Below, piece by piece: positions 8,491 through 16,572 of a stretch of DNA of 42,418 nt. Position 1 is the stretch's first letter; every line of letters begins with the position of its first letter. Below the pieces are notes generated by a model that searched no databases, was not told the DNA's origin, and saw only the letters and a list, made by a program, of their open reading frames with translations. The position numbers and the translations under genes are program-made. Location: the IMG/VR virus record IMGVR_UViG_3300037137_000910, positions 1-42,418 of that record. The stretch is one strand, 5' to 3'. The stretch is from a virus. Its lineage: Duplodnaviria; Caudoviricetes.

Positions 8491-8839
8491 CGGCGGCCTC
8501 TGTGTCGGGTATCCCGGCCTTGGGGGTCTTTTCGCCTAACGGAGCCTTACGCGGGCCTACGGGCCTATCGTGGGGGTCGTTTAGGACCAGTCCGGACAGG
8601 GTTATCTTGACCTCCCGGACCAAAGCGGCGAGTTCTACCACCCCGGCGAGCTTCCGGGCGTGGGTTTCGGTCCGGATCGCCCCTTCGGTGTAGGCGTCCA
8701 GGGCGGCGGCCAGGGAGCCGAAATACATGTCCCGGTTGCCGTAGGTTAGCACCCAACAGAGCGGGTCCGCCGATAGCGTGTACCCGTAGGGCAGGTTCAC
8801 CGGTTCGGCCATGTCAGCTTTGCGTTGACCTCTTGCCAT
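8480..8839 (-). CDS. Hypothetical protein
   Basis: Coupled ORF; YTLSADPLCWVL...YFGSL phage-like segment. Confidence 0.6.
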   Translation of the reverse strand: MARGQRKADMAEPVNLPYGYTLSADPLCWVLTYGNRDMYFGSLAAALDAYTEGAIRTETHARKLAGVVELAALVREVKITLSGLVLNDPHDRPVGPRKAPLGEKTPKAGIPDTEAADAP

Positions 8840-8840
8840 G

Positions 8841-9140
8841 TCAGTCCCCTTTCCTTGCGATTTCGGCCCAATCTGCGGCGTCTAAGGCCACTTCCTGCCC
8901 GCGGCGCCAGATTAGGACTGGGGCGCCGGCCGGGAAGCGGTCGTATTCCAGGTGGTAGGCGGCCAGGGCGTTGAGGATGTAGCTGTCGGCCATGGCATCG
9001 GCCTCCATGGCGCTCCCCGGCCTAACCACGTGGTCTATCTTGCGGTGCCTGAGCCAGTCCTTGGCAAACTCGCAGACGGCGCATTTTATGACCCCGGTGG
9101 CGTCGGCCACGTAGAGGGCGAAGGGGGCGCGCTTGGTCAT
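8841..9140 (-). CDS. Hypothetical protein
   Basis: Probable start ATG 9140 (ATGA overlap). Confidence 0.55.
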   Translation of the reverse strand: MTKRAPFALYVADATGVIKCAVCEFAKDWLRHRKIDHVVRPGSAMEADAMADSYILNALAAYHLEYDRFPAGAPVLIWRRGQEVALDAADWAEIARKGD

Positions 9141-9406
9141 GCGCCTAGCCTCCACGGGGGGGTATGCGCGGCGATCCAGCCCCCGCAGGCATCGGAGAGC
9201 AATGCCCGGACTATGGCCGCGTCGCCGACTACCCGCCAACGGCGGCCCAGCGGCGAGCCCGCCTCCCGCTTCCGGCGCATGTATGCCCGCCCGACCGCTC
9301 TCCGGCAGTCCTTGCACCGCGTAGACAGGCCATTCGGCCTCCGCTTGTCAGCGTCGAAATCCTCGGCAAGCAACGTGCGCCGGCATGTGCCGCAGCACTG
9401 ATTCAT
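9137..9406 (-). CDS. Zinc-finger protein
   Basis: CGTC...F..D..RPNGLSTRCKDC; start ATG 9406 overlaps the upstream stop. Confidence 0.7.
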   Translation of the reverse strand: MNQCCGTCRRTLLAEDFDADKRRPNGLSTRCKDCRRAVGRAYMRRKREAGSPLGRRWRVVGDAAIVRALLSDACGGWIAAHTPPWRLGA

Positions 9407-10011
9407 GGCTTGCCCTCCTGAGCCTTGGCCTTGTCGCGTATTTCCCGAAGGCGAATGTTCATGGCGCGATTCCAGCGCTCCTGGGTGGTGACACCATCCT
9501 GCAAGAATGTGTCTGCCTCTATGTCCCACTCGCGCTTGCGGGCTATGACCCAATCCATGGCCTTAGTCGCCCGTTCCCGGTTGCGGCCGGGGGCTACCTT
9601 GTGACCAAGCTCGCAGGAGCATGGCACGGTGAACTGGTGGATACCGTCGAGGCCGTTGACGGCCGGCTCGTGGCCGGCGATAAGTTCAACGCTGGCGACA
9701 AAGGCATCCTTGTCGCGGTAGCCCATGACCAGAAGCTGGCCGCCCGTGCAGTGGGGGCAGTAGGCCCCGCCCGGCTCATAGGCGTGGACCTCAAGGGCGC
9801 GCATGGCCTGTTGGAAAAGCCCGACCTGGGGGCGGGCAAAGCCAGAGCCCCGCAATTCGTCTACCTTGTCGAAAATACGGTCAGCCTGAGCATCCGGGAG
9901 GGCGTCAACCACCTTGGATTTCCACAGGCGGACGGCCTCTGGATTGCCCTTGACGTGAGGCGGTTCGCCCCAGCGGGCTTGATAGAGGGCCATGAAGCGG
10001 TCAGCGTCCAT
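9403..10011 (-). CDS. Replication accessory protein (possible helicase loader), Zn-binding
   Basis: Directly follows the initiator; CPHCTGG and CSC. Confidence 0.5.
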   Translation of the reverse strand: MDADRFMALYQARWGEPPHVKGNPEAVRLWKSKVVDALPDAQADRIFDKVDELRGSGFARPQVGLFQQAMRALEVHAYEPGGAYCPHCTGGQLLVMGYRDKDAFVASVELIAGHEPAVNGLDGIHQFTVPCSCELGHKVAPGRNRERATKAMDWVIARKREWDIEADTFLQDGVTTQERWNRAMNIRLREIRDKAKAQEGKP

Positions 10012-10759
10012 CGGCGTCTCCTGGCTTGTAGGCTTTCAGCGCGTCCGCAAAGGTTCCTTCGGAGGGGCGGGGGCTCTGCCGGGGGCGGTCCTGTGCCTTG
10101 GCAAGCCAGCGGTTCAAGAACGCGGTTCGGAGCTTCTTGCGCCTTGCCGGGTTAGCCATTTCCCAAGCGTGGGCTGCGGCTATCTCGGCCCGAAGGTCAA
10201 CGCCGGGGTAGGCTTGCCGCCACGTGCCTTCAAGCTGTGGGATGGCAAAGCAAAGCTTGGGGTCGGCTTCGTAGAGCGGCAACCCCCTCAACAGCGGCGG
10301 TATGGCGTGAGCCGCGGCCGTTGGCGGCTCCGCCCTACTGACGTTGTTATTCTCTTGTAGTTGTGGTTGTGGTTGTGGTTGTGCTAGCGTCCCGCTATCC
10401 TTAAGGATATCCGTATGGCTATCCTTACGGCTATCCGTACGGCTACGCCATGCGCGCTTATTAGCCTCCCCTCCGGCGCGAGCCCAGCGGCATCGCGTTT
10501 CGTAGACCCGGCCAGCCTTGAGCAGTTCTGCGTCTACCCGCTTGTGACGCCAGTGCCCACCATCATCCGCGAAAAAACGCTTGACCCGCTTCCATTCCCG
10601 CCCAGCTATGGCCCTGGCTTCCTTGTCCGCCAGCGGCCCGCCCTTGCGCCAGTAGGCCATGAGGCAGAGCAGATAGGCCCCATGCTCCGCCCGGGTCAGG
10701 TCAACCGTATCTGCGGTGTAGTCTCCGATGTACAAGGGCATCCACGTGTCAGGCTTCAT
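10001..10759 (-). CDS. DUF1376/YdaU-family replication initiator
   Basis: WMPLYIGDYTADTVDLTRAEHGAYLLCLMAYW; C-terminal FLNRWL. Confidence 0.88.
   Translation of the reverse strand: MKPDTWMPLYIGDYTADTVDLTRAEHGAYLLCLMAYWRKGGPLADKEARAIAGREWKRVKRFFADDGGHWRHKRVDAELLKAGRVYETRCRWARAGGEANKRAWRSRTDSRKDSHTDILKDSGTLAQPQPQPQLQENNNVSRAEPPTAAAHAIPPLLRGLPLYEADPKLCFAIPQLEGTWRQAYPGVDLRAEIAAAHAWEMANPARRKKLRTAFLNRWLAKAQDRPRQSPRPSEGTFADALKAYKPGDADGR
10361..10445. repeat. Iterons / probable replication origin inside the initiator gene
   Basis: 12-bp tandem units GCTATCCTTAAG, GATATCCGTATG, GCTATCCTTACG, GCTATCCGTACG (10394-10441), adjacent to a TTGTGG run. Confidence 0.7.
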
Positions 10760-11789
10760 TCGTCTCTCCGAAAAGCTGCCCCTGCCCCTCGCGGTGCTCA
10801 GCAGGGGTGAGGCCCTTGGCGGCGGCGGCGAGGCGCGGCGTTGCCAGTTCCCCGGCGTACTTGGGGTTAAGCTCGAAGCCTATGAAGCGCCGGCCGAGGC
10901 GCAAGGCGACCTCGCCGGTTGTTCCGCTTCCGCAGAACGGGTCAAGAACGATGTCGCCCGGTTGCGACAGGTGCGGGTATTCGGCCACCTTGAAGTCGTG
11001 GGTACTCGCCTTGATGCACGTCTCCGGAATCTCCGGCGGGAACGTGGCGAAGTGCGCCTCGGCGTAGGGCTTCGTCGTGATTGTCCAGACGGAGCGTCGG
11101 TTGCGTGTGCCTTGCTTGCCCCATCCCCGAATATTGGCCTCATTTCCGGCCGTTCTGTCGTGCCTTGTGCTGTTTGGGTCAAAAGTTGCATACCCAGGGG
11201 CGTGTACGTCCGTGGATGCCGGTTCCGCCACCGCCCCCGCGTCGTAGTAGTACCTTGCCGATTTCGTCAGCATGAAGATGTACTCATGCGCCTTGGTGCA
11301 GCGGTCGGTGACGCTCTCTGGCATGGGGTTCGGCTTCGCCCAGATGATGTCCTGACGCAGCCACCAGCCGTCCGCTTGCAGGGCGAAGGCTACGCGCCAG
11401 GGGATGCCAACGAGGTTCTTCGGCGCAAGGCCAGTCTGTCCGTCGCGGTTGGGCCCAGCGTATCCGCTCCCCTTATGGCTCTTGGTCTGCGGGACCTGTC
11501 CGCTTCCGCTTCCGTTGGCAACGTAACTATCCCCCAAGTTCAGCCACAGCACCCCATCATCCCGCAGCACCCGGCGTAACTCGCGGCCCCACGCGACCAA
11601 CTTTTCGATGTATTCCCGCGGCGTCTTTTCAAGGCCCCACTGACCGGGCACTCCATAGTCGCGCAGGCCCCAGTATGGCGGGCTGGTGACGCAACACTGA
11701 ATGCACCCGTCTGGCAGGAGCTTCATGGCTGACAAACAGTCCGCGCAGTGGACGCGGTTGAGGGCGAAGGGGCCGAGTATGTCAGGCAC
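10749..11789 (-). CDS. DNA amino-methyltransferase, beta class (SPPY, probably N4-C)
   Basis: TSPPY, WLNLGDSY, HFATFP, LDPFCGSGTT; probable GTG start 11789. Confidence 0.93.
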   Translation of the reverse strand: MPDILGPFALNRVHCADCLSAMKLLPDGCIQCCVTSPPYWGLRDYGVPGQWGLEKTPREYIEKLVAWGRELRRVLRDDGVLWLNLGDSYVANGSGSGQVPQTKSHKGSGYAGPNRDGQTGLAPKNLVGIPWRVAFALQADGWWLRQDIIWAKPNPMPESVTDRCTKAHEYIFMLTKSARYYYDAGAVAEPASTDVHAPGYATFDPNSTRHDRTAGNEANIRGWGKQGTRNRRSVWTITTKPYAEAHFATFPPEIPETCIKASTHDFKVAEYPHLSQPGDIVLDPFCGSGTTGEVALRLGRRFIGFELNPKYAGELATPRLAAAAKGLTPAEHREGQGQLFGETNEA

Positions 11790-12975
11790 GGCGGCCCCCG
11801 AAAAGCTGCCCCTGGCCTTCGCGGTGCTCGGCGAGGGTGAGGCCCGCGGCGGCGGCTTCCAGGCGCGGGGCGCAGATGTCGCCGGCATAGTGCGCGTCAA
11901 GGTCGAAGCCGATGAACCGGAAGCCGAGTTGCAGGGCGGCCACGCCGGTAGACCCGCTGCCCGCAAACGGGTCAAGCACAATCCCGCCGGGCGGAGTCAC
12001 CAGCCGGACAAGGTAACGCATCAGGTCAAGCGGCTTGACCGTCGGATGGTCATTGCCCTTGCCGCGGTCCTGTTTGTCGGCCTTCGCGGTGTAGAAGAAG
12101 CGGGCGGCGGAACCGGTTGAGGCGGGAATATCATAATCGTTTATACGTGAGAGGTCTTTCCCAAAGGCTGCATTACTACCATTCGGTCGGCCGCATACGT
12201 GCGCGCCACTTGCGGATTGCGGGAACCCCTCCAGCACCTCCGCGCTGCCATCGTGGATGAGGTTGGCGGGGAAACGACCTGGAGGATTGATTATTTCGGC
12301 GACTCGCGCGTCACCCCCGTAAATGCCCTTACCCATGCTTCCGGAACGGAGAGTGACGGTCTGCGCAACCCCCACCCTGCTCCCGTCAATGTTCATCGCC
12401 CCCGTCCCGTGCTTGAGGACATTGGCCGCCACGGTGCCCTCCAGCGGCTTGCGGGCGACGATGATCGGCTCCCAGGCGGGCTTGAGCGCAGTGCCCCAAC
12501 CCTGCCACCTGATGGCCTCGCCGCTGATGGCCTCGCCGGGCTTCAGCCTATCGGTTGAGATTGTGCCCTTCGTGCCGCAACCGCCCGGCACTCGCGGCCG
12601 GACGCACCCCGCCGCCTTGTCAATCGCCTTGCTCACGTCCAGCGACTTCGGGAAGCCGGAACCGTATACCCACATTACACAATCCCGAATCTCCCAGCCC
12701 GCGTCTTCAATCGCGCAGGCCAGCCGGTGAAACGTCCGGGTGCCGCCGAAGGCCAGCAGGTGCGCGCCGGGCTTGGCAACGCGGAGGGCGGCGGCCCAGG
12801 TCTCTACCCGGTGAGCAATGCCCGTTTTGTCAAAGTTCTTGCCCATGAAACCGATTTCGTATGGGGGGTCGGTCACCACCGCGTCCACGCACCCATCCGG
12901 CAGGAGCTTCATGGCCTCCACGCAATCCGCGCAGTGGACGCGGTTTAGCAGAAACGGGCCGAGGGCGTCAGGCAT
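11782..12975 (-). CDS. DNA amino-methyltransferase, beta class (DPPY, probably N6-A)
   Basis: TDPPY, GFPKS, GRFPANLIHDGS, HPTVKP, LDPFAGSGST. Confidence 0.94.
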   Translation of the reverse strand: MPDALGPFLLNRVHCADCVEAMKLLPDGCVDAVVTDPPYEIGFMGKNFDKTGIAHRVETWAAALRVAKPGAHLLAFGGTRTFHRLACAIEDAGWEIRDCVMWVYGSGFPKSLDVSKAIDKAAGCVRPRVPGGCGTKGTISTDRLKPGEAISGEAIRWQGWGTALKPAWEPIIVARKPLEGTVAANVLKHGTGAMNIDGSRVGVAQTVTLRSGSMGKGIYGGDARVAEIINPPGRFPANLIHDGSAEVLEGFPQSASGAHVCGRPNGSNAAFGKDLSRINDYDIPASTGSAARFFYTAKADKQDRGKGNDHPTVKPLDLMRYLVRLVTPPGGIVLDPFAGSGSTGVAALQLGFRFIGFDLDAHYAGDICAPRLEAAAAGLTLAEHREGQGQLFGGRRA

Positions 12976-13279
12976 TGGCGACCTTGGGGATGTAGATTGC
13001 CATGTTACCGTTGCCGTAGCGGCGGACCCGGCCGGCGCGGTAGAGCGCCCGCAGTTGCAGGGCGGCGTTGCTCTTGTCGCGGTGAATGACCGCCCCGAGT
13101 TCCCGGCTGGTAGGGCCTCTATGCTTTTCGCGCCAGAAGAGCAAGAGGGCGTCGAATACGATGTCCGCTCGCGTCCGCAGGCTCTCCGGCTTCGCCCCCA
13201 GCGCCCGCAAGTCGGCCGCGATTTCGGGGGGCACGGTCAGCGGCTTAGAACACCGCGAGAGCCCCGGCAAGGTTCTCAC
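12968..13279 (-). CDS. LexA-N-like winged-helix protein
   Basis: GPTSRELGAVI...SNAALQLRALYRAGRVRR; no peptidase domain. Confidence 0.7.
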   Translation of the reverse strand: MRTLPGLSRCSKPLTVPPEIAADLRALGAKPESLRTRADIVFDALLLFWREKHRGPTSRELGAVIHRDKSNAALQLRALYRAGRVRRYGNGNMAIYIPKVANA

Positions 13280-14067
13280 AGGACATTCACCTCCCCGCGT
13301 TGCTCCACCAAGGGAAGCCGGAAGGCCCGGAGCGTCCATGCCTCGCGGGATTCCACGTCAAGGCAGAGAAACCCGAAAGAACAGGGCAAGCCGTCGCGCT
13401 GGCGGACGCCATAGCGCGAGCCCAGCCCTTGCAACGGCGGGCAGACGGCCGCCAGCCCCATGTCATCCTCTACACGCGCGTAACGGTGAATGTGCGCCCG
13501 GATGATGATGTCGGCCTTGTCCTGTTGGCCGAGCGCAGCCCACAAAAGCTGGTTGACCTGTGCGCGGCTTAGGGCGGTGTACTTGGACGCGGTAGAATTG
13601 GAGTTGCCGATGAAATGCTTGCAGCAAACTTTCAGGCCGCGGATATCGTAGTGGCCTTCGTCCTCAATCTTCTTGGCCCCTACATCCTTGGCAACCCAGT
13701 TCTCCCACTCCTCTTGCTCCCCGACGTGATAGGGCGTACCCCGAACCATGTACGTCGGCGCGCCGACAAAGCGGATGATTTCCGCTGCCATGCGCGCCTG
13801 TTCCTCGCGGTCAGTGGTCATTAATTCCACGCCGCCGGATTTTTCACCGCGGCCGTCTACTGCGTCCCCCAAGTGAATCAGACGGTGAATCGGCCAAAGT
13901 GCGTCAACGTTGGCCGCGAACCACCGCCAGAGCTTGACCCGTTGCGCCGCTGCCTTGCGGACAGATCGCGGGGCCTGTTCCGGGACAGCGGTATGCCATG
14001 CCGGGGGGGTCAGCCCGCTCTTGTGCCCGCAATGCGTGTCAGCGATGAACAGGACGCGCTTTATCAT
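13276..14067 (-). CDS. Calcineurin-like metallophosphoesterase
   Basis: ADTHCG, LGDAVDG, GTPYH, AHIH. Confidence 0.88.
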   Translation of the reverse strand: MIKRVLFIADTHCGHKSGLTPPAWHTAVPEQAPRSVRKAAAQRVKLWRWFAANVDALWPIHRLIHLGDAVDGRGEKSGGVELMTTDREEQARMAAEIIRFVGAPTYMVRGTPYHVGEQEEWENWVAKDVGAKKIEDEGHYDIRGLKVCCKHFIGNSNSTASKYTALSRAQVNQLLWAALGQQDKADIIIRAHIHRYARVEDDMGLAAVCPPLQGLGSRYGVRQRDGLPCSFGFLCLDVESREAWTLRAFRLPLVEQRGEVNVL

Positions 14068-14333
14068 GTAAACACCTCCCCATTTTCCCCCGCCTTGCGG
14101 TCTTCGAGCGCGGCAACTCGCCGCCGGTAGATTTCGAGGCTTGCCATGTGGATCGCGCCCAGGAACCGCTCGTAGTGGGCATACCGCTCCGGCTTGGCAA
14201 GGATTAGGAGCCGGCAGATGGTATAGTTCAGCATCCCGCCGTAGCCGAGATTGTCTATCTCGGGAAGCGCCTCAGCCAGCGCCTCAATCCGGTGGTCAAT
14301 CTGCTCGCGGGCATCCCTTGTCACGTACGGCAT
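14064..14333 (-). CDS. Conserved phage hypothetical protein
   Basis: MPYV..., GMLNYTI, EIYRRRVAALEDRK...NGEV. Confidence 0.7.
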   Translation of the reverse strand: MPYVTRDAREQIDHRIEALAEALPEIDNLGYGGMLNYTICRLLILAKPERYAHYERFLGAIHMASLEIYRRRVAALEDRKAGENGEVFT

Positions 14334-14683
14334 ACGCCCTCCGCTTCCGCCAGCAGAACCTCCGCGTCGGCGACGGTCTGCCCTAGCTCTTCGGCCAGCT
14401 TCTTTTCGGCCAACGTCCCCTTGCTTAATTGCCAGCCCGGAAGCAAAGCGAGGATGAATCTGTCAGCCCCGCGGGCAAGCGCCCGAATCATGTCAAGGTC
14501 GCCGTCCAGAAAGGCTTGCGGCTCCGCGTCTTCGTCCATGAATGCCGTATTGCAGTGCGGGGATAGCACCGCGTAGCCGACTTGCCAGAGCCGGGCCGCG
14601 TAGTGTTCCGCAATCCGAATGTTGTATCGGCGGTTGCCGACAGGACCGGAACGGTAGGGGCCGGCAAGGTAGACTATCACCAT
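14321..14683 (-). CDS. Nucleoside 2-deoxyribosyltransferase-like (DUF4406/DUF1937-type)
   Basis: VYLAGPY, SPH, LPGWQLSKGTLAE. Confidence 0.8.
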   Translation of the reverse strand: MVIVYLAGPYRSGPVGNRRYNIRIAEHYAARLWQVGYAVLSPHCNTAFMDEDAEPQAFLDGDLDMIRALARGADRFILALLPGWQLSKGTLAEKKLAEELGQTVADAEVLLAEAEGVCRT

Positions 14684-14947
14684 CTATTCGCCCTCCAGAA
14701 GCTGGTTAAGCAGTTCCGCGTAGCCGCAGAGGTCCACAAGGTTGTCCCGCTTGTGCTTGTGCATTTCGCGGGAGAGCTTGACGGCCAGCATCGCGTAGAG
14801 CATTTCGCCGGGACTGACCGGCCGCCCCACCATCGCGGAGTAAATAGCCGCCGTCCGCCCGAAGTCCTCTGCAACCGGGCCATAGGCGGACAGCCTATCC
14901 CCGTTGACCAGCCCCTCCGCCTCCAGGAGAATTGATTTCGGCTTCAT
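14684..14947 (-). CDS. DUF6378-like protein (dNTP pyrophosphohydrolase-related)
   Basis: ILLEA..LVNGDR..AYG, KLSR, DNLVDLCGYA. Confidence 0.8.
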   Translation of the reverse strand: MKPKSILLEAEGLVNGDRLSAYGPVAEDFGRTAAIYSAMVGRPVSPGEMLYAMLAVKLSREMHKHKRDNLVDLCGYAELLNQLLEGE

Positions 14948-15105
14948 CGGCGATTCCTCCGCACCCAGCGTTGGTATTCCCTATCGGCCGCGGTGCATTC
15001 CCGAACGCACTTGGCATCGGCTGCCAAGATGGCCCTTTCCTTGCGTCGGCAGGCCGCCAGTATCCGGCGATCAAGTCTCTGCCCGGCCCGCCCCCTCGGC
15101 TTCAC
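14944..15105 (-). CDS. Small basic hypothetical protein
   Basis: GTG 15105 overlaps the upstream stop; its stop overlaps the next ATG. Confidence 0.45.
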   Translation of the reverse strand: MKPRGRAGQRLDRRILAACRRKERAILAADAKCVRECTAADREYQRWVRRNRR

Positions 15106-15212
15106 GGGCCAACCCGCCGCCACAAATCCCATAGGGCAATAACTATCTCGACCAGTATTGCGCCGACGATCCCGCCGACGACACCGGCAAGGATAAACAC
15201 AATCCAAGTCAT
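15102..15212 (-). CDS. 36-aa single-TM membrane peptide
   Basis: MTWIVFILAGVVGGIVGAILVEIVIALWDLWRRVGP; coupled on both sides; below the ORF-track cutoff. Confidence 0.6.
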   Translation of the reverse strand: MTWIVFILAGVVGGIVGAILVEIVIALWDLWRRVGP

Positions 15213-15619
15213 TTCCCGCCTCCAATCTGTTCCGCCAGTTCTGCCGCGCTTCGGGTTAGCAAGTAGACCCCGCCGGCCTTTGTCGCGCGCTTCTGAAAGT
15301 CAACCTGAGCCGGGGACTGCTTGCCCTTGCCCGACTTGCATTCGATGCCCAGCCAGCGACCGCCCGGCAGAATGCCGATGATGTCCGGCACTCCCGGCGT
15401 CCCGTGGAAAACGAAAGCGTTATCCCGGAAAATGCCTACGTTGTTGACCCGCCACGCAAACACCCCAATAGCCGCCAGATAGTCAAGGCAGGCCCGAACT
15501 ACCGCGGATTCCCCGGTAGATGCCTTGCGCCTCATGGCCGCCGGCAACTTCCGGAACATCTCCGCCGGCATGGTGCAGGCCGCAGGAATACCAACGCCGG
15601 GTACAAGTTCCTTACCCAT
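15209..15619 (-). CDS. VRR-NUC / PD-(D/E)xK nuclease (resolvase-like)
   Basis: GVPDIIG, IECKS, Q...Q..F; GGGGAGG RBS. Confidence 0.88.
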   Translation of the reverse strand: MGKELVPGVGIPAACTMPAEMFRKLPAAMRRKASTGESAVVRACLDYLAAIGVFAWRVNNVGIFRDNAFVFHGTPGVPDIIGILPGGRWLGIECKSGKGKQSPAQVDFQKRATKAGGVYLLTRSAAELAEQIGGGK

Positions 15620-15635
15620 TCGCCCTCCCCGTATG

Positions 15636-16319
15636 CTACTCACCCGCCCCTCCCGGCTGCGGCTTTGATGGCGGCGATGACTTGCGCCGCGACCCACCAG
15701 ACGATTGAGTTGCCCAGTGCGCCAAGTACGCTGCGGTGTAGCCCATCAACCAGGCCGACAGAGTTGCCAGGCGCACGGCGAATACGCCCGTCAGGGAAAG
15801 CGGCCCAGAGGTAATCGGACCAGAAACTTCCGCCAGGCTCAGTTGCCGCCCCGCCGCTATTCGCTTCTCTGTCCGTCGCGCCGATGCGCCCCGGTGCCCG
15901 TGATGCGCCTCTTGCGCTTGCAGCGTCGGGTAGGTGCTCACCAGCCCGCCCAGCGTCAACTCGCCCTTGCGCTTGCCGCTCCGGCACTTGTACCCGCCGC
16001 CCAGCATCACCGGCGTCGGGTAGAGGGACTTGGGCGCCGGTGTCAGGTAGGTCAGGCCCTTCGCCGGACTGCCCGACTGCCTTTGGTCTGCCTCCTGTGC
16101 GGTGGGCCACAATCCAGTACCTGTGCCGGAGTTGCGGGGAGTCCACGGCGCAAGCTGGAATATCAAAAACCGGCCCGACTTCGTAGCCTTTTCCCGCCAC
16201 CTCAGCAAGTATTCCGTCGAGCCCCACGTCCTCGATTCCAGGAGGGTTCTCGAATAGGCACCAATCGGGCCGGACAGATTCGAGCGCCGCCAGAGCCGCC
16301 GGCCAGAGCCAGCGGTCAT
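15636..16319 (-). CDS. Overprinted C5-MTase beta-subunit-like ORF (target recognition + motif IX)
   Basis: Alternative frame open over the whole MTase; LWPT/LYPTP/YPT repeats and AWLMGY...W; start codon uncertain. Confidence 0.7.
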   Translation of the reverse strand: MTAGSGRRLWRRSNLSGPIGAYSRTLLESRTWGSTEYLLRWREKATKSGRFLIFQLAPWTPRNSGTGTGLWPTAQEADQRQSGSPAKGLTYLTPAPKSLYPTPVMLGGGYKCRSGKRKGELTLGGLVSTYPTLQAQEAHHGHRGASARRTEKRIAAGRQLSLAEVSGPITSGPLSLTGVFAVRLATLSAWLMGYTAAYLAHWATQSSGGSRRKSSPPSKPQPGGAGE

Positions 16320-16572
16320 CGCCCGCGCCCCCCTGCTTCCCGGCTCGGGATGCAGGCTGGCAGGGAACCCCGGCAGTGAGGAGGAAGGCCCCGCGGTATT
16401 GCTCTCCGGGGAAGGTTCGCGCGTCGGGGTGGACGGGGACTCCGGGCCAGGCTTTGGCGAGGAAGTCCCGGCATCGGGGGTCGCATTCGCACATGGCGAC
16501 GGTGCGGATGCCATTGGCTCGGGCGGCAAGGGAGAAGCCGCCGAGCCCGGTAAACAGGTCAACATGCGTCAC
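15640..16572 (-). CDS. C5-cytosine DNA methyltransferase (alpha chain, motifs I-VIII and X)
   Basis: DLFTGLGG, AGVPCQP, FENPPG, QLRHRYWIVA, LGALGNSIV. Confidence 0.92.
   Translation of the reverse strand: MTHVDLFTGLGGFSLAARANGIRTVAMCECDPRCRDFLAKAWPGVPVHPDARTFPGEQYRGAFLLTAGVPCQPASRAGKQGGAGDDRWLWPAALAALESVRPDWCLFENPPGIEDVGLDGILAEVAGKGYEVGPVFDIPACAVDSPQLRHRYWIVAHRTGGRPKAVGQSGEGPDLPDTGAQVPLPDAGDAGRRVQVPERQAQGRVDAGRAGEHLPDAASARGASRAPGRIGATDREANSGGAATEPGGSFWSDYLWAAFPDGRIRRAPGNSVGLVDGLHRSVLGALGNSIVWWVAAQVIAAIKAAAGRGG

Noticed and set aside
12968-13279. CI/LexA-type lysogeny repressor
   Set aside because: Winged helix only, no S24 peptidase domain, and embedded mid early operon
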